Source: Eledone cirrhosa
Lineage: Eukaryota
NCBI GenBank assembly: GCA_964016885.1
Contig: OZ024744.1
Span: 28,210,001 to 28,274,000 of the forward strand
DNA: 64,000 bases
Direction: 5' to 3'
Positions 10,031 to 22,600 of the stretch are shown here, piece by piece. A program made the translations under genes and the position numbers. Within the stretch, counting starts at the first letter, position 1, and each line of letters starts with the position of its first letter. A model generated the notes under the pieces. That model made no database searches. It was not told the origin of the DNA and saw only the letters and a program-made list of their open reading frames with translations.

Positions 10031-13000
10031 TGTCGCTGTTACCACTGTTATTGTCTTTGTTGTTGTTGTGGTCGCTGTTATCACTGTTATTGTCACTGTT
10101 ATTGTCCTTGTCGCTGTTACCACTGTTATTGTCTTTGTTGTTGTTGTGGTCGCTGTTATCACTGTTATTGTCACTGTTGTTGTTGTCGCTGTTATCACTG
10201 TTATTGCCACTGTTGTTGTTGTTGTCGCTGTTATCACTGTTATTGTCACTGTTGTTGTTGTTGTTGTCGCTGTTATCACTGTTATTGTCACTGTTGTTGT
10301 TGTCGCTGTTATCACTGTTATTGCCACTGTTGCTGTTGTTGTCGCTGTTATCACTGTTATTGTCACTGTTGTTGTTGTTGTCGCTGTTACCACTGTTATT
10401 GTCACTGTTGTTGTTGTCGCTGTTATCACTGTTATTGTCACTGTTGCTGTTGTTGTCGCTGTTATCACTGTTATTGTCATTGTTGTTGTTGTTGTCGCGG
10501 TTATCTCTGTTATTGTCATTGTTGTTGTTGTTGTTGTTGTCGCTGTTATCATTGTTATTGTCATTGTTGTCGCTGTTATCACTGTTATTGTCACTGTTGT
10601 TGTCGCTGTTACAACTGTCCTTGTTGTTGTTGTTATTGTCGCTGTTATCACTGTTATTGTCATTGTTGTTGTTATTGTCGCTGTTATCACTGTTATTGTA
10701 ACTGTTGTTGTTGTCGCTGTTATCACTGTTATTGTAACTGTTGTTGTTGTCGCTGTTATAACTGTTATTGTCACTGTTTATGTTGTCGCTGTTATAACTG
10801 TTATTGTCACTGTTGTTGTTGTCCCTGTTATAACTGTTATTGTCACTGTTGTTGTTGTCGCTGTTATCATTGTTATTGTCACTGTTGTTGTTGTCGCTGT
10901 TATCACTGTTATTGTCATTGTTGTTGTTGTTGTCGCTGTTATAACTGTTACTGTCATTGTTGTTGTTGTTGTCGCTGTTATCACTGTTATTGTCACTGTT
11001 GTTGTCGCTGTTATCACTGTTATTGTCACTGTTGCTGTTGTTGTCGCTGTTATCACTGTTATTGTCATTGTTGTTGTTGTTGTCGCGGTTATCACTGTTA
11101 TTGTCATTGTTGTTGTTGTTGTTCTCGCTGTTATCACTGTTATTGTCACTGTTGTTGTCGCTGTTATCACTGTTATTGTCACTGTTTTTGTCGCTGTTAC
11201 AACTGTCATTGTTGTTGTTGTTATTGTCGCTGTTATCACTGTTATTGTCATTGTTGTTATTGTTGTTGTCGCTGTTATAACTGTTATTCTCACTGTTGTT
11301 TTTGTTGTTGCCGCTGATATCACTCTTATTGTCACTGTTGTTGTTGTCTCTGTTATAACTGTTATTGTCACTGTTGTTGTTGTCACTGTTATCACTGTTA
11401 TTGTCACTGTTGTTGTTCTCGCTGTTATCACTGTTATTGTCACAGTTGTTGTTGTCGCTGTTATCACTGTTATTGTCATTGTTGTTGTTGCCGCTGTTAT
11501 AACTGTTATTGTCATTGTTGTTGTTGTTGTCGCTGTTATCACTGTTATTGTCATTGTTGTTGTTGTCGCTATTATCACTGTTATTGTCACTGTTGTTGTT
11601 ATTGTCTCTGTTATTTTCACAGTTGTTGTCGCTGTTCTCACTGATATTGTCATTGTTGTTGTTGTTGTCGCCGTTATCACTGTTATTGTCAATGTTTTTG
11701 TTGTTGTTGTCGGTGTTATAACTGTTATTAGTTACTGTTGTTGTTCTCGCTGTTATAACTATTATTGTCATTGTTGTTGTTGTCGCTGTTATAACTGTTA
11801 TTGTCAGTGTTGTTGTTGTTGTTGTCGCTGTTATAAGTGTTATTGTCATTATTGTTGTTGTTGTCGCCGTTATAACTGTTATTGTCACTGTTGTTGTTGT
11901 CGCTGTTTTAACTGTTATGGTCATTGTTGTTGTAGTCGCAGTTATATATGTTATTGACACTGTTGTTGTTGTTGTTATCGCTGTTATCACTGTTATTATT
12001 ACTGTTGTTGTTGTTGTTGTTGTCGCTGTTATCACTGTTATTGTTCTGTTGTTGTTGTCGCTTTTATAACTGTTATTACCATTGTTGTTGTTGTTGTTGT
12101 ATCTGTTATCACTGTTATTGTCACTGTTGTTGTTGTTGTCGCTGTTATCACTGTTGTTGTCACTGGTGTTGTTGTTGTTGCTGTTAGTGTCACTCTTGTT
12201 GTTTTGTTGTCGTTGTCCTCGTTGTCATCACTGTTATTGTCGCTGTTGTTGTTGTTGTTGTCGTTGTTATCATGCTTGTTGTCACTGTTGTTGTTGTTGT
12301 GTTTGTTCTTGTTGTTATCACTGTTATTGTCACTGTTGTCTTTGTTGTTGTCGTTGTCATGACTGTTATTGTCGCTGTTGTTGTTGTCGCTGTTATAACT
12401 GTTATTGTCAAAGTTGTTGTTGTCGCTGTTATAACTGTTATTGTCACTGTTATTGTGTTGTCGCTGTTACCACTGTTATTGTCTTTGTTGTTGTTGTTCT
12501 CGCTGTTATCACTGTTATTGTCATTGTTGTTGTTGTCGCTGTTATCACTTATATTAGTCATTGTTGTTGTTGTTGTCGCTGTTATAACTGTTATTGTCAC
12601 TGATGTTGTTGTTGTCGCTGTTATAACTGTTATTGTCAAAGTTGTTGTTGTTGTCGCTGTTATAACTGTTATTGTCACTGTTATTGTTCTTGTCGCTGTT
12701 ACCACTGTTATTGTCTTTGTTGTTGTTGTGGTCGCTGTTATCACTGTTATTGTCACTGTTGTTGTTGTCGCTGTTATCACTGTTATTGCCACTGTTGTTG
12801 TTGTCGCTGTTATCACTGTTATTGTCACTGTTGTTGTTGTTGTTGTCGCTGTTATCACTGTTATTGTCACTGTTGTTGTCGCTGTTATCACTGTTATTGT
12901 CACTGTTTTTGTTGTTGTTGATGTTATCACCACTGTTGTAGTTGTTGTCGCTGTTATAACTGTTATTGTCACTGTTGTTGTTGTTGCTGTCGCTGTTATC

Positions 13001-14149
13001 ACTGTTATTGTCATTGTTGCTGTTGTACTCGCTGTTATCACTGTTATTGTTGTTGTTGTTGTGGCTGTTATCACTGTTATTGTCACTGTTGTTGTTGTTC
13101 TCGCTGTTATAACTGTTATTGTGACTGTTGTTGTTGTCGCTGTTATAACTGTTATTGTCATTGTTGTTGTTGTTGTCGCTGTTATCACTGTTATTAACAC
13201 TGCTGTTGTTGTTGTTCTCGCTGTTATCACTGTTATTGTCACTGTTGTTGTTGTCGCTGTCATAACTCTTATTGTCACTGTTGTTGTTGTTGTTCTCGTT
13301 GTTATCACTGTTATTGTCATTATTGTTGTTCTCGCTGTTATCACTGGTATTGACACTGTTGTTATTGTTGTTGTCGCTGTTATAACTGTTATTGTCTCTG
13401 TTGATGTTGTTGTTGTCGCTGTTATAACTGTTATTGTCACTGTTGTTGTTGTCGCTGTTATAACTCTTATTGTCACTGTTGTTGTTGTTGTCGTCGTTGT
13501 TATCACTGTTATTGTCATTATTGTTGTTGTCGCTGTTATCACTGTTATTGTCATTGTTGTTGTTTTTGTCGGTGTTATCACTGTTATTGTCACTGTTGTT
13601 GTCGCTGCTATAACTGTTATTGTCACTATTGCTTTTGTTGTTGTCGCTCTTATCACTCTTATTGTCATTGTTGTTGTTGTTCTCGCTGCTATCCTTGTTA
13701 TTGTCATTGTTGTTGTTGTTGTACTCGCTGTTATCACTGTTATTGTCATTGTTGTTGTTCTTGTTGCTGTTATCACTGTTATTGTCACTGTTTTTGTTGT
13801 TGTCGCTATTATCACTGTTATCGTCACTGTTGTTTTTGTTGTTGTCGCTGTTATCACTGTTATTTTCATTGTTGTTGTTGTTGTTCTCGCATTTATCACT
13901 GTCGTCGTCACTGTTGTTGTTGTTGTCGCTGTTATAACTGTTATTGTGACTGTTGTTGTTGTTCTTGTCGCTGTTATAACTGTTATTGTCATTGTTGTCG
14001 CTGTTATCACTGTTATTGACACTGTTGTTGTTATTGTCGCTGTTATCACTGTTATTTTCACAGTTGTTGTTGTTGTTGTCGCTGTTATAACTGTTATTGT
14101 CATTGTTGTTGTTGTCGCTGTTATCACTGTTATTGACACTGTTGCTGCT

Positions 14150-14181
14150 GTTGTTCTGGCTGTTACCACTGTTATTGTCAC

Positions 14182-14212
<31 letters not shown>

Positions 14213-17200
14213 ATCACTGTTATTGTCATTATTGTTATTGTCGCTGTTATCACTGTTATTGTCATTGTTGTTGATGTTGTTGTTGTCGCTGTTATCACTG
14301 TTATTGTCACTGTTGTTGTTGTTGTCGCTTCTATAACTGTTATTGTCACTATTGCTGTTGTTGTTGTCGCTGTTATCACTCTTACTGTCATTGTTGTTGT
14401 TGTCGCTGTTATCACTGTTATTGCCACTGTTGCTGTTGTTGTCGTTGTTATCACTGTTATTGTCATTGTTGTTGTTGTTGTCGCTGTTATCACTGTTATT
14501 GTCACTGTTGTTGTCGCTGTTATAACTGTTATTGTCACTGTTGTTGTTGTTGTCGGTGTTATAACTGTTATTAGTTACTGTTGTTGTTGTTGATGTTGTT
14601 CTTGCTGTTATAACTATTATTGTCATTGTTGTTGTTGTTGCTGTCGGTGTTATTACTGTTAATGCCATTGTTGTTGTTGTTGTTGTCTCTGTTATCACTG
14701 TTATTGTCACTGTTGTTGTCGCTGTTATTGTCACTGTTGTTGTCGTTGTTGTTGTTGTCGCTGTTATCACTGTTATTGTGCTGTTGTTGTTGTTGTCGCT
14801 GTTATAACTGTTAATGTCACTGTTGTTGTTCTCGCTGTTATCACTGTTATTGTCATTGTTGTTGTTATTGTTGTTGTTGTTGTCGCTGTTATCATTGTTA
14901 TTGTCATTGTTGTTGTTATTGTCGCTGTTATAACTGTTATTGTCACTGTTGTTGTTGTCGCTGTTATCACTGTTATTGTAACTGTTGTTGTTGTTGTCAC
15001 TGTTATAAATGTTATTGTCACTGTTGTTTTTGTTGTCGCTTTTATCACTGTTATTGTCACTGTTGTTGTTGTCGCTGTTATAACTGTTATTGTCACTGTT
15101 TATGTTGTCGCTGTTATAACTGTTATTGTCACTGTTGTTGTTGTCCCTGTTATAACTGTTATTGTCACTGTTGTTGTTGTTGTCGCTGTTATCACTGTTA
15201 TTGTCACTGTTATTGTCCTTGTCGCTGTTACCACTGTTATTGTCTTTGTTGTTGTTGTGGTCGCTGTTATCACTGTTATTGTCACTGTTGTTGTTGTTGT
15301 CGCTGTTATCACTGTTATTGCCACTGTTGTTGTTGTTGTCGCTGTTATCACTGTTATTGTCACTGTTGTTGTTGTTGTTGTCGCTGTTATCACTGTTATT
15401 GTCACTGTTGTTGTTGTCGCTGTTATCACTGTTATTGCCACTGTTGCTGTTGTTGTCGCTGTTATCACTGTTATTGTCACTGTTGTTATTGTTGTCGCTG
15501 TTATCACTGTTATTGTCACTGTTGTTGTTGTCGCTGTTATCAATGTTATTGTCACTGTTGCTGTTGTTGTCGCTGTTATCACTGTTATTGTCATTGTTGT
15601 TGTTGTTGTCGCGGTTATCACTGTTATTGTCATTGTTGTTGTTGTTGTTGTTGTTGTTGTCGCTGTTATCATTGTTATTGTCATTGTTGTCTCTGTTATC
15701 ACTGTTATTGTCACTGTTGTTGTCGCTGTTACAACTGTCCTTGTTGTTGTTGTTATTGTCGCTGTTATCACTGTTATTGTCATTGTTGTTGTTATTGTCG
15801 CTGTTATCACTGTTATTGTCACTGTTGTTGTTGTCGCTGTTATCACTGTTATTGTAACTGTTGTTGTTGTCGCTGTTATAACTGTTATTGTCACTGTTTA
15901 TGTTGTCGCTGTTATAACTGTTATTGTCACTGTTGTTGTTGTCCCTGTTATAACTGTTATTGTCACTGTTGTTGTTGTTGTCGCTGTTATCATTGTTATT
16001 GTCACTGTTGTTGTTGTCGCTGTTATCACTGTTATTGTCATTGTTGTTGTTGTTGTCGCGGTTATCACTGTTAGTGTCACTGTTTTGTTGTTGTCGCTGT
16101 TATCACTGTTATTGTCACTGTTGTTGTTGTCGCTGTTATCACTGTTATTGTCACTGTTGTTGTCGCTGTTATCACTGTTATTGTCATTGTTGTTGTTGTT
16201 GTCGCGGTTATCACTGTTATTGTCATTGTTGTTGTTGTTGTCGCTGTTATCACTGTTATTGTCATTGTTGTTGTTGCCGCTGTTATAACTGTTATTGTCA
16301 TTGTTGTTGTTGTTGTCGCTGTTATCACTGTTATTGTCATTGTTGTTGTTGTCGCTATTATCACTGTTATTGTCACTGTTGTTGTTATTGTCGCTGTTAT
16401 CACTGTTATTTTCACACTTGTTGTCGCTGTTCTCATTGATATTGTCATTGTTGTTGTTGTTGTCGCCGTTATCACTGTTATTGTCATTGTTTTTGTTGTT
16501 GCTGTCGGTGTTATAACTGTTATTAGTTACTGTTGTTGTTGTTGTTCTCGCTGTTATAACTATTATTGTCATTGTTGTTGTTGTCGCTGTTATAACTGTT
16601 ATTGTCATTGTTGTTGTTGTTGTTGTCGCTGTTATAAGTGTTATTGTCACTGTTGATGTTGTTGTTCTCGCTGTTATCACTCTTATTTCACTATTGTTGT
16701 TGTTCTCGCTGTTATCACTCTTATTGTCACTATTGTTGTTGTTGTCGCCGTTATAACTGTTATTGTCATTGTTGTTGTAGTCGCAGTTATATATGTTATT
16801 GACACTGTTCTTGTTGTTGTTATCGCTGTTATCACTGTTATTATCACTGTTGTTGTTGTTGTTGTTGTCGCTGTTATCACTGTTATTGTTCTGTTGTTGT
16901 TGTCGCTTTTATAACTGTTATTACCATTGTTGTTGTTGTTGTTGTTGTCTCTGTTATCACTGTTATTGTCACTGTTGTTGTTGTTGTCGCTGTTATCACT
17001 GTTATTGTCACTGGTGTTGTTGTTGTTGCTGTTAGTGTCACTCTTGTTGTTTTGTTGTCGTTGTCCTCGTTGTCATCACTGTTATTGTCGCTGTTGTTGT
17101 TGTTGTCGTTGTTATCATGCTTGTTGTCACTGTTGTTGTTGTTGTGGTTGTTGTTGTTGTTATCACTGTTATTGTCACTGTTGTCTTTGTTTGTTGTCGT

Positions 17201-20200
17201 TGTCATGACTGTTATTGTCACTGTTGTTGTTTTGTTGTTGTTGTCGTCGTTGTCATCACTGTTATCGTCGGTGTTGTCGTTGTTGTCCTTGTTATCATGG
17301 TTATTGTCACTGTTGTTGTCGTTGTTATCACTGTTATTGTCACTGTTGTTGTTGTCGCTGTTATTACTGTTATTGTCACTGTTGTCTTGTTGTTGTTGTC
17401 ATTGTTATCACTGTTATTGTCACTATTGTTGTTGTCGCTGATATCACTGTTATTGTCACTGTTGTTGTTGTTCTCGCTGTTATCACTGTTATTGTCATTG
17501 TTGTTGTTTTTGTTGTCGCTGTTATAACTGTTACTGTCATTGTTGTCCCTGTTATCACTGTTATTGTCATTGTTGTTGTTGTTGTCGCTGTTTTCACTGT
17601 TATCGTCACTGTTGTCGTTGTTGTCGCTGTTATAACTGTTATTGTCAAAGTTGTTGTTGTCGCTGTTATAACTGTTATTGTGTTGTCGCTGTTACCACTG
17701 TTATTGTCTTTGTTGTTGTTGTTCTCGCTGTTATCACTGTTATTGTCATTGTTGTTGTTGTCGCTGTTATCACTTATATTAGTCATTGTTGTTGTTGTTG
17801 TCGCTGTTATAACTGTTATTGTCACTGATGTTGTTGTTGTCGCTGTTATAACTGTTATTGTCAAAGTTGTTGTTGTCGCTGTTATAACTGTTATTGTCAC
17901 TGTTATTGTCCTTGTCGCTGTTACCACTGTTATTGTCTTTGTTGTTGTTGTGGTCGCTGTTATCACTGTTATTGTCACTGTTGTTGTTGTTGTCGCTGTT
18001 ATCACTGTTATTGCCACTGTTGTTGTTGTCGCTGTTATCACTGTTATTGTCACTGTTGTTGTTGTTATTGTCGCTGTTATCACTGTTATTGTCACTGTTG
18101 TTGTTGTCGCTGTTATCACTCTTATTGCCACTGTTGCTGTTGTTGTCGCTGTTATCACTGTTATTGTCATTGTTGTTGTTGTCGCGGTTATCACTGTTAT
18201 TGTCATTGTTGTTGTTGTTGTTGTTCTCGCTGTTATCACTGTTAATGTCACTGTTGTTGTCGCTGTTATAACTGTTATTGTCACTGTTGTTGTTGTTGTC
18301 GCTGTTATCACTGTTATTGTCACTGTTGTTGTCGCTGTTATCACTGTTATTGTCACTGTTGTGTCGCTGTTACAACTGTCATTGTTGTTGTTGTTATTGT
18401 CGCTGTTATCACTGTTATTGTCATTGTTGTTATTGTTGTTGTCGCTGTTATAACTGTTATTGTCACTGTTGTTTTTGTTGTTGCCGCTGTTATCACTGTT
18501 ATTGTCACTGTTGTTGTTGTCTCTGTTATAACTGTTATTGTCACTGTTGTTGTTGTTCTGGCTGTTACCACTGTTATTGTCACTGTTGTTGTTGTTGTCG
18601 TTGATATCACTGTTATTGTCATTATTGTTATTGTCGCTGTTATCACTGTTATTGTCATTGTTGTTGTTGTTGTTGTTGTCGCTGTTATCACTGTTATTGT
18701 CACTGTTGTTGTTGTTGTCGCTTCTATAACTGTTATTGTCACTATTGCTGTTGTTGTTGTCGCTGTTATCACTCTTACTGTCATTGTTGTTGTTGTCGCT
18801 GTTATCACTGTTATTGCCACTGTTGCTGTTGTTGTCGTTGTTATCACTGTTATTGTCATTGTTTTTGTTGTTGTCGCTGTTATCACTGTTATTGTCACTG
18901 TTGTTGTCGCTGTTATAACTGTTATTGTCACTGTTGTTGTTGTTGTCGGTGTTATAACTGTTATTAGTTACTGTTGTTGTTGTTGATGTTGTTCTTGCTG
19001 TTATAACTATTATTGTCATTGTTGTTGTTGTTGCTGTCGGTGTTATTACTGTTAATGCCATTGTTGTTGTCTCTGTTATCACTGTTATTGTCACTGTTGT
19101 TGTCGTTGTTGTTGTTGTCGCTGTTATCACTGTTATTGTTCTGTTGTTGTTGTCGCTGTTATAACTGTTAATGTCACTGTTGTTGTTCTCGCTGTTATCA
19201 CTGTTATTGTCATTGTTGTTGTTGTTGTTGTTGTTGTCGCTGTTATCATTGTTATTGTCATTGTTGTCGCTGTTATCACTGTTATTGTCACTGTTGTTGT
19301 CGCTGTTACAACTGTCCTTGTTGTTGTTGTTATTGCCGCTGTTATCACTGTTATTGTCATTGTTGTTTTTATTGTCGCTGTTATCACTGTTATTGTCACT
19401 GTTGTTGTTGTCGCTGTTATCACTGATATTGTAACTGTTGTTGTTGTTGTCACTGTTATAAATGTTATTGTCACTTTTGTTTTTGTTGTCGCTTTTATCA
19501 CTGTTATTGTCACTGTTGTTGTTGTCGCTGTTATAACTGTTATTGTCACTGTTTATGTTGTCGCTGTTATAACTGTTATTGTCACTGTTGTTGTTGTCCC
19601 TGTTATAACTGTTATTGTCACTGTTGTTGTTGTTGTCGCTGTTATCACTGTTATTGTCACTGTTATTGTCCTTGTCGCTGTTACCACTGTTATTGTCTTT
19701 GTTGTTGTTGTGGTCGCTGTTATCACTGTTATTGTCACTGTTGTTGTTGTTGTCGCTGTTATCACTGTTATTGCCACTGTTGTTTTTGTTGTCGCTGTTA
19801 TCACTGTTATTGTCACTGTTGTTGTTGTTGTCGCTGTTATCACTGTTATTGTCACTGTTGTAGTTGTCGCTGTTATCACTGTTATTGCCACTGTTGCTGT
19901 TGTTGTCGCTGTTATCACTGTTATTGTCACTGTTGTTATTGTTGTCGCTGTTATCTATGTTATTGTCACTGTTGTTGTTGTCGCTGTTATCACTGTTATT
20001 GTCACTGTTGCTGTTGTTGTCGCTGTTATCACTGTTATTGTCATTGTTGTTGTTGTTGTCGCGGTTATCACTGTTATTGTCATTGTTGTTGTTGTTGTTG
20101 TTGTTGTTGTCGCTGTTATCATTGTTATTGTCATTGTTGTCGCTGTTATCACTGTTATTGTCACTGTTGTTGTCGCTGTTACAACTGTCCTTGTTGTTGT

Positions 20201-22600
20201 TGTTATTGTCGCTGTTATCACTGTTATTGTCATTGTTGTTGTTATTGTCGCTGTTATCACTGTTATTGTCACTGTTGTTGTTGTCGCTGTTATCACTGTT
20301 ATTGTAACTGTTGTTGTTGTCGCTGTTATAACTGTTATTGTCACTGTTTTTGTTGTCGCTGTTATAACTGTTATTGTCACTGTTGTTGTTGTCCCTGTTA
20401 TAACTGTTATTGTCACTGTTGTTGTTGTTGTCGCTGTTATCATTGTTATTGTCACTGTTGTTGTCGTGGTTATCACTGTTATTGTCATTGTTGTTGTTGT
20501 TGTCGCGGTTATCACTGTTATTGTCACTGTTTTGTTGTTGTCGCTGTTATCACTGTTATTGTCACTGTTGTTGTTGTCGCTGTTATCACTGTTATTGTCA
20601 CTGTTGTTGTCGCTGTTATCACTGTTATTTTCATTGTTGTTGTTGTTGTCGCTGTTATAAGTGTTATTGTCACTGTTGATGTTGTTGTTCTCGCTGTTAT
20701 CACTCTTATTGTCACTATTGTTGTTGTTCTCGCTGTTATCACTCTTATTGTCACTATTGTTGTTGTTGTCGCCGTTATAACTGTTATTGTCATTGTTGTT
20801 GTAGTCGCAGTTATATATGGTATTGACACTGTTCTTGTTGTTGTTATCGCTGTTATCACTGTTATTATCACTGTTGTTGTTGTTGTTGTTGTCGCTGTTA
20901 TCACTGTTATTGTTCTGTTGTTGTTGTCGCTTTTATAACTGTTATTACCATTGTTGTTGTTGTTGTTGTCTCTGTTATCACTGTTATTGTCACTGTTGTT
21001 GTTGTTGTCGCTGTTATCACTGTTATTGTCACTGGTGTTGTTGTTGTTGCTGTTAGTGTCACTCTTGTTGTTTTGTCGTCGTTGTCCTCGTTGTCATCAC
21101 TGTTATTGTCGCTGTTGTTGTTGTTGTCGTTGTTATCATGCTTGTTGTCACTGTTGTTGTTGTTGTGGTTGTTGTTGTTGTTATCACTGTTATTGTCACT
21201 GTTGTCTTTGTTGTTGTCGTTGTCATGACTGTTATTGTCGCTGTTGTTGTTGTTGTTGTCGCTGTTATTGTCACTGTTGTTGTTTTGTTGTTGTTGTCGT
21301 CGTTGTCATCACTGTTATCGTCGCTGTTGTCGTTGTTGTCCTTGTTATCATGGTTATTGTCACTGTTGTTGTCGCTGTTATCACTGTTATTATCACTGTT
21401 GTTGTTGTCGCTGTTATTACTGTTATTGTCACTGTTGTTGTTGTTGTTGTCATTGTTATCACTGTTATTGTCACTATTGTTGTTGTCGCTGTTATCACTG
21501 TTATTGTCACTGTTGTTGTTGTTCTCGCTGTTATCACTGTTATTGTCATTGTTGTTGTTTTTGTTGTCGCTGTTATAACTGTTACTGTCATTGTTGTCCC
21601 TGTTATCACTGTTATTGTCATTGTTGTTGTTGTTGTCGCTGTTTTCACTGTTATCGTCACTGTTGTTGTTGTTGTCGCTGTTATAACTGTTATTGTCAAA
21701 GTTGTTGTTGTCGCTGTTATAACTGTTATTGTGTTGTCGCTGTTACCACTGTTATTGTCTTTGTTGTTGTTGTTCTCGCTGTTATCACTGTTATTGTCAT
21801 TGTTGTTGTTGTCGCTGTTATCACTTATATTAGTCATTGTTGTTGTTGTTGTCGCTGTTATAACTGTTATTGTCACTGATGTTGTTGTTGTCGCTGTTAT
21901 AACTGTTATTGTCAAAGTTGTTGTTGTTGTCGCTGTTATAACTGTTATTGTCACTGTTATTGTTCTTGTCGCTGTTACCACTGTTATTGTCTTTGTTGTT
22001 GTTGTGGTCGCTGTTATCACTGTTATTGTCACTGTTGTTGTTGTTGTCGCTGTTATCACTGTTATTGCCACTGTTGTTGTTGTCGCTGTTATCACTGTTA
22101 TTGTCACTGCTGTTGTTGTTGTTGTCGCTGTTATCACTGTTATTGTCACTGTTGTTGTTGTCGCTGTTATCACTCTTATTGCCACTGTTGCTGTTGTTGT
22201 CGCTGTTATCACTGTTATTGTCACTGTTGTTGTTGTTGTCGCTGTTATCACTGTTATTGTCATTGTTGTTGTTGTGGCGGTTATCACTGTTATTGTCACT
22301 GTTGTTGTCGCTGTTATAACTGTTATTGTCACTGTTGTTGTTGTCGCTGTTATCACTGTTATTGTCACTGTTGTTGTCGCTGTTATCACTGTTATTGTCA
22401 CTGTTTTTGTCGCTGTTACAACTGTCATTGTTGTTGTTGTTATTGTCGCTGTTATCACTGTTATTGTCATTGCTGTTATTGTTGTTGTCGCTGTTATAAC
22501 TGTTATTCTCACTGTTGTTTTTGTTGTTGCCGCTGTTATCACAGTTATTGTCACTGTTGTTGTTGTCTCTGTTATAACTGTTATTGTCACTGTTGTTGTT
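14150..22600. repeat. Nested ~4.0-4.4 kb tandem duplication (~14150-18500 vs ~18550-22600)
   Basis: Paired ORFs 14343/18736, 15162/19615, 15960/20410, 16793/20817 and 17894/21948. The offset falls from ~4450 to ~4024 because ~430 bp are missing from the second copy near 20630. Boundaries approximate. Confidence 0.78.

Noticed and set aside
10013-11317. Cys/His-rich ORF resembling metallothionein, zinc-finger or keratin-associated protein
   Set aside because: It is simply the TGT frame of the (GTT)n strand, with no defined domain spacing, and it overlaps poly-Val and poly-Leu ORFs.
15162-15857. Leu/Ser-rich ORFs resembling membrane proteins or signal peptides
   Set aside because: These are the TTG frame of the repeat and end wherever the GTTATAAC variant supplies TAA.
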